Source: Eledone cirrhosa (Eukaryota). Taken from it: 64,000 nucleotides of DNA. Below, piece after piece: positions 60,911 through 64,000 of the stretch. How positions within the stretch are numbered: the first letter of the stretch is position 1; each line of letters begins with the position of its first letter. Under the pieces are notes generated by a model. It was not told where the DNA came from. It worked only from the letters and a program-made list of their open reading frames with translations, and searched no databases. Made by a program: the position numbers and the translations under genes. The stretch is from positions 62,001 to 126,000 of the forward strand of contig CAXHJY010000511.1 of NCBI GenBank assembly GCA_964016885.1. The letters run 5' to 3'.

Positions 60911-61414
60911 ATATATATGTATATCAGTCTGTCTATATATGTATATCAGTCTGTCTATATGTGTCTGTATGTAATTCTACAAGAAACAACATGTTTATTA
61001 AACCTCCCAGCAAACTTCTCACTCAATGATATCAAAGTTGTTTTTCTATAATTAACACTTTGCTTGTTTTCCATTATAATTAATCACCAAATCTCTTTTC
61101 TTCATAACTTCCTGATTTACCTGTCCATCTACCTGTCTCTCTCTCTTCATTTACCTGTCTGTCTGTCTGTCTCTCACTCTCTCTCTCTCCATCTCTCTCC
61201 CCATTTACCTGTCTGTCTGTCTCTCACTCTCTCTCTCCATCTCTCTCCCCATTTACCTGTCTGTCTGTCTCTCACTCTCTCTCTCCATCTCTCTCCCCAT
61301 TTACCTGTCTGTCTGTCTCTCACTCTCTCTCTCCATCTCTCTCTCCATTTACCTGTCTGTCTGTCTGTCTCTCTCTCTCTCCATCTCTCTCTCTCTCCAT
61401 CTCTCTCCATCTAC

Positions 61415-61463
<49 letters not shown>

Positions 61464-61785
61464 TACCTCTCTCTCTCTCTCCATTTGTGGATCTCTGGGC
61501 TAACATTTCCTCTATAATTCTGGTCACCTGTGGAATATCACATTAGAAAGAAAAAGACAGAGAGAGAGAGAGAGACTAACCTTTGTGATGTCACATCCCA
61601 GAGAGAGAGAGAGACTAACCTCTGTGATGTCACATCTCAGAGAGGGAGAGGTGGAGGGAGAGAGAGAGATTAACTATTCTGTTTGATATCACATCACATT
61701 GGGTGAAGAGAGAGAGAGAGAGAGAGACTAATCTGGGAGTGTCTTGCTATTCTAATTTGCATATTTTTGTTTCTCATTAAATCAG

Positions 61786-61871
61786 GCCTTTTACATGAAG
61801 GAGATGAAATTTTGGAAATTAACCAACACACGATGAAGGGTCAGTCTGTTGATGATGTATCTGAACTAATG
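61786..61871 (+). CDS. MPP5: MPP5/PALS1 exon, core PDZ
   Basis: Acceptor ttaaatcag| and donor ATG|gtaagg. Translates (G)LLHEGDEILEINQHTMKGQSVDDVSELM. SH3/GUK exons are expected beyond the window end. Confidence 0.95.
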
Positions 61872-61879
61872 GTAAGGTT

Positions 61880-62213
61880 ACCTCCCACATGTTATATGAT
61901 AAACTCACCTCTACGCCTTCCACATGTTATATGATAAACTCACCTCTATACCTCCCACATGTTATATAATAAACTCACGTCTACTCCTCCCACATGTTAT
62001 ATGATAAACTCACCTCTATACCTCCCACATGTTGTATGATAAACTCACCCCTATACCTCCCACATGTTATATGATAAACTCACCTCTACACCTCCCACAT
62101 GTTATATGATAAACTCACCTCTATACCTCCCACATGTTATATGATAAACTCACCTCTATACCTCCCACATGTTATATTATAAACTCACCTCTACACCTCC
62201 CACATGTTATATA
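61880..62213. repeat. 35-bp minisatellite immediately after a splice donor
   Basis: acctcccacatgttatatgataaactcacctctat, about 9-10 copies. Confidence 0.95.
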
Positions 62214-62821
62214 TAAGACTTAGGTTAGACTGGTCATCCATGTTATAAGACATGTGTTGGACTGAGGAAGGAAGGGGTGATAACGTCGACTTAGGGAGGA
62301 AGGGGTGGCAGCGTCCAATATTTGTTACACCTGCGTGTGTCTATATGTATAGCGAATTGGTTGCACACATTGACTGTGTGTTTATCTTTGTATCACTTGT
62401 GTAAGTGAGCGCGAAGGAACCAAACGAACAACTCTTCTTTATATTATGTATAGATATTACAATTAGCATCATTTTAGCTGGCATGGGAGCAGCTAGTCCT
62501 ATTTCTTCAATCTATACCAAGATTGCTTATTTAGCTCCTAGAAATAGTTACAGCTTTGATTTCCCTTTGGAATTCTGTGACAAACTCTTTCCTAATTTTT
62601 CCTCTATGTAAGTTTGTATATTTCTTTGTTGTTTTTAATATTCATATATATTTTTTTCTTTTCCTTTGTATAAAATATTTAAGAAATTGGTTTCTGTTAG
62701 AAGCTGCTTTCAGTGGAGCCATTCTTTATTTCATTTTGGTGACTTCTTTGAAGAAGCTGCAAAAGTGTTTGATTAAAATTGAGAGAGATTATTCCTTTTG
62801 GTAGTGGCAGGGTGGTGTATA

Positions 62822-63678
62822 CAGGGTGCGGATGATATTTGTTCGCAAGATGACTGTCTAGGAAAAAATAACACAGTAGTTTTATTTTTTAAGATTTATT
62901 TATCAAACTTGGGTCAGTTTGTCTTCATGACTTGTTCTTTCCATCTCACTCGATAAACCCACCATTGGCTTTGATGATGGCCTCAAGGCGGCTACAGGCC
63001 TTCGTCACTGTCCCCCGACTTAGGCCCCTAAAGGCACTTGTGATCCTGGCCTTCAGATCGTCTTTCTTATTGCAGCTAGATCTGTTGGTGTCTCGTTCTA
63101 CTGCGTCCCACACAAAGAAGTCGAGGGGGTTGCAATCAGGTGAAGTGTGGTCGACGAAGTTCCCTGACAGCCAGGCTTGGGTATTTCGGCTGGTATGGTA
63201 GGGCGGTGAGTCTTGCTGTCACATGTACAGCCTACCTGCAGCTACCTGGTCGATCCAGGGTTTTACTACCTTGCTCAGAACACGGATGTAGCCATCGGTG
63301 TTCAGCTTGAGGCTGTCGGGAAAGAAGTGAGGTGGCATGACGTCACCTTGACTGCTGACGACACCTAAGACCAATGTTGTCGCTTGGAAACTTTGTCTGC
63401 ATGACTCTGGGCATGTCTTTGGATGAGACAGCGAGCCACCTGTTGTTCTGGGAGTTGATCTTCTGGTCTTATTTGTCCTCCCGGCGCGGATTCCAAGAAG
63501 AACTCCGTGTCTCTTCCACAAATTTGGAGGTTTAAAATTATTCATAATCAATTATTCTGAAAATAAATAATGGAAATATAGTCAGTGTTTTTATGAAGAC
63601 AAGAGTGACAACGGAAGTAAAAAAAATTTGCATAAAATTAGCAGTTGAAAATTGCGAACAAATATCATCCACACCCTG
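62822..63678 (-). mobile_element. Internally deleted Tc1/mariner element (maT/DD37D-like)
   Basis: TA|cagggtgcggatgatatttgttcgcaa...ttgcgaacaaatatcatccacaccctg|TA TIRs. Minus strand gives GVVSSQGDVMPPHFF...VVKPWI...*QQDS..HTS...SPDCNPLDFFVW, with an in-frame stop and deletions. Confidence 0.9.
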
Positions 63679-64000
63679 TATATGTGAGAGGTGGTGTATA
63701 TATGTGAGGGGGTGGTGTATATATGTGAGAGGTGGTGTATATATGTGAGGGGTGGTGTATATATGTGAGAGGTGGTGTATATATGTGAGGGGTGGTGTAT
63801 ATATATATATATGTGAGGTGTAGATAATCTATGTGTGTGGGGTGGGACAGTAACATTTTGTTTCACTGTGTTGTATTTTCGATTCTGAAGAAGAAGAATA
63901 AAAGTCTGTATTTTTTATTTAATTACTGTTTGTCTTTTTTCACCTCCATGATGGAATTGGTGAAGTTAATGTTTCATGTGAAGGAGAGAAAGTTGTGTAA

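Overview
Repeat-rich animal genomic DNA, most likely from an octopod cephalopod (inferred from the dense (TA)n/(CATA)n microsatellites and MetaSINE-type and RTE repeats). The only host gene I can support is a + strand MAGUK, MPP5/PALS1 (Stardust). Seven phase-compatible exons at 2684-2793, 6046-6103, 48609-49577, 53567-53844, 56563-56700, 58587-58662 and 61786-61871 encode the end of an extra N-terminal PDZ-like domain, the HREMAVDCP motif, L27 domains and most of the core PDZ. The gene is truncated by both window edges. The introns, one of about 42.5 kb, hold SINEs, LINE fragments (RTE, Tx1/L1-like, CRE-like), piggyBac-type MITEs, a deleted maT/mariner element, and many micro- and minisatellites. 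Almost all ORFs in the supplied track are simple-repeat artefacts. The most notable signal is at least six short element families with unrelated sequences, embedded in (TA)n tracts. They carry hammerhead-ribozyme cores (family B only the 3' half), most fold back as palindromes or inverted repeats, and they share a second downstream RCTC...YGAGY motif. This fits non-autonomous Penelope-like or retrozyme-like elements. All calls were made by eye; no folding or database searches were run.
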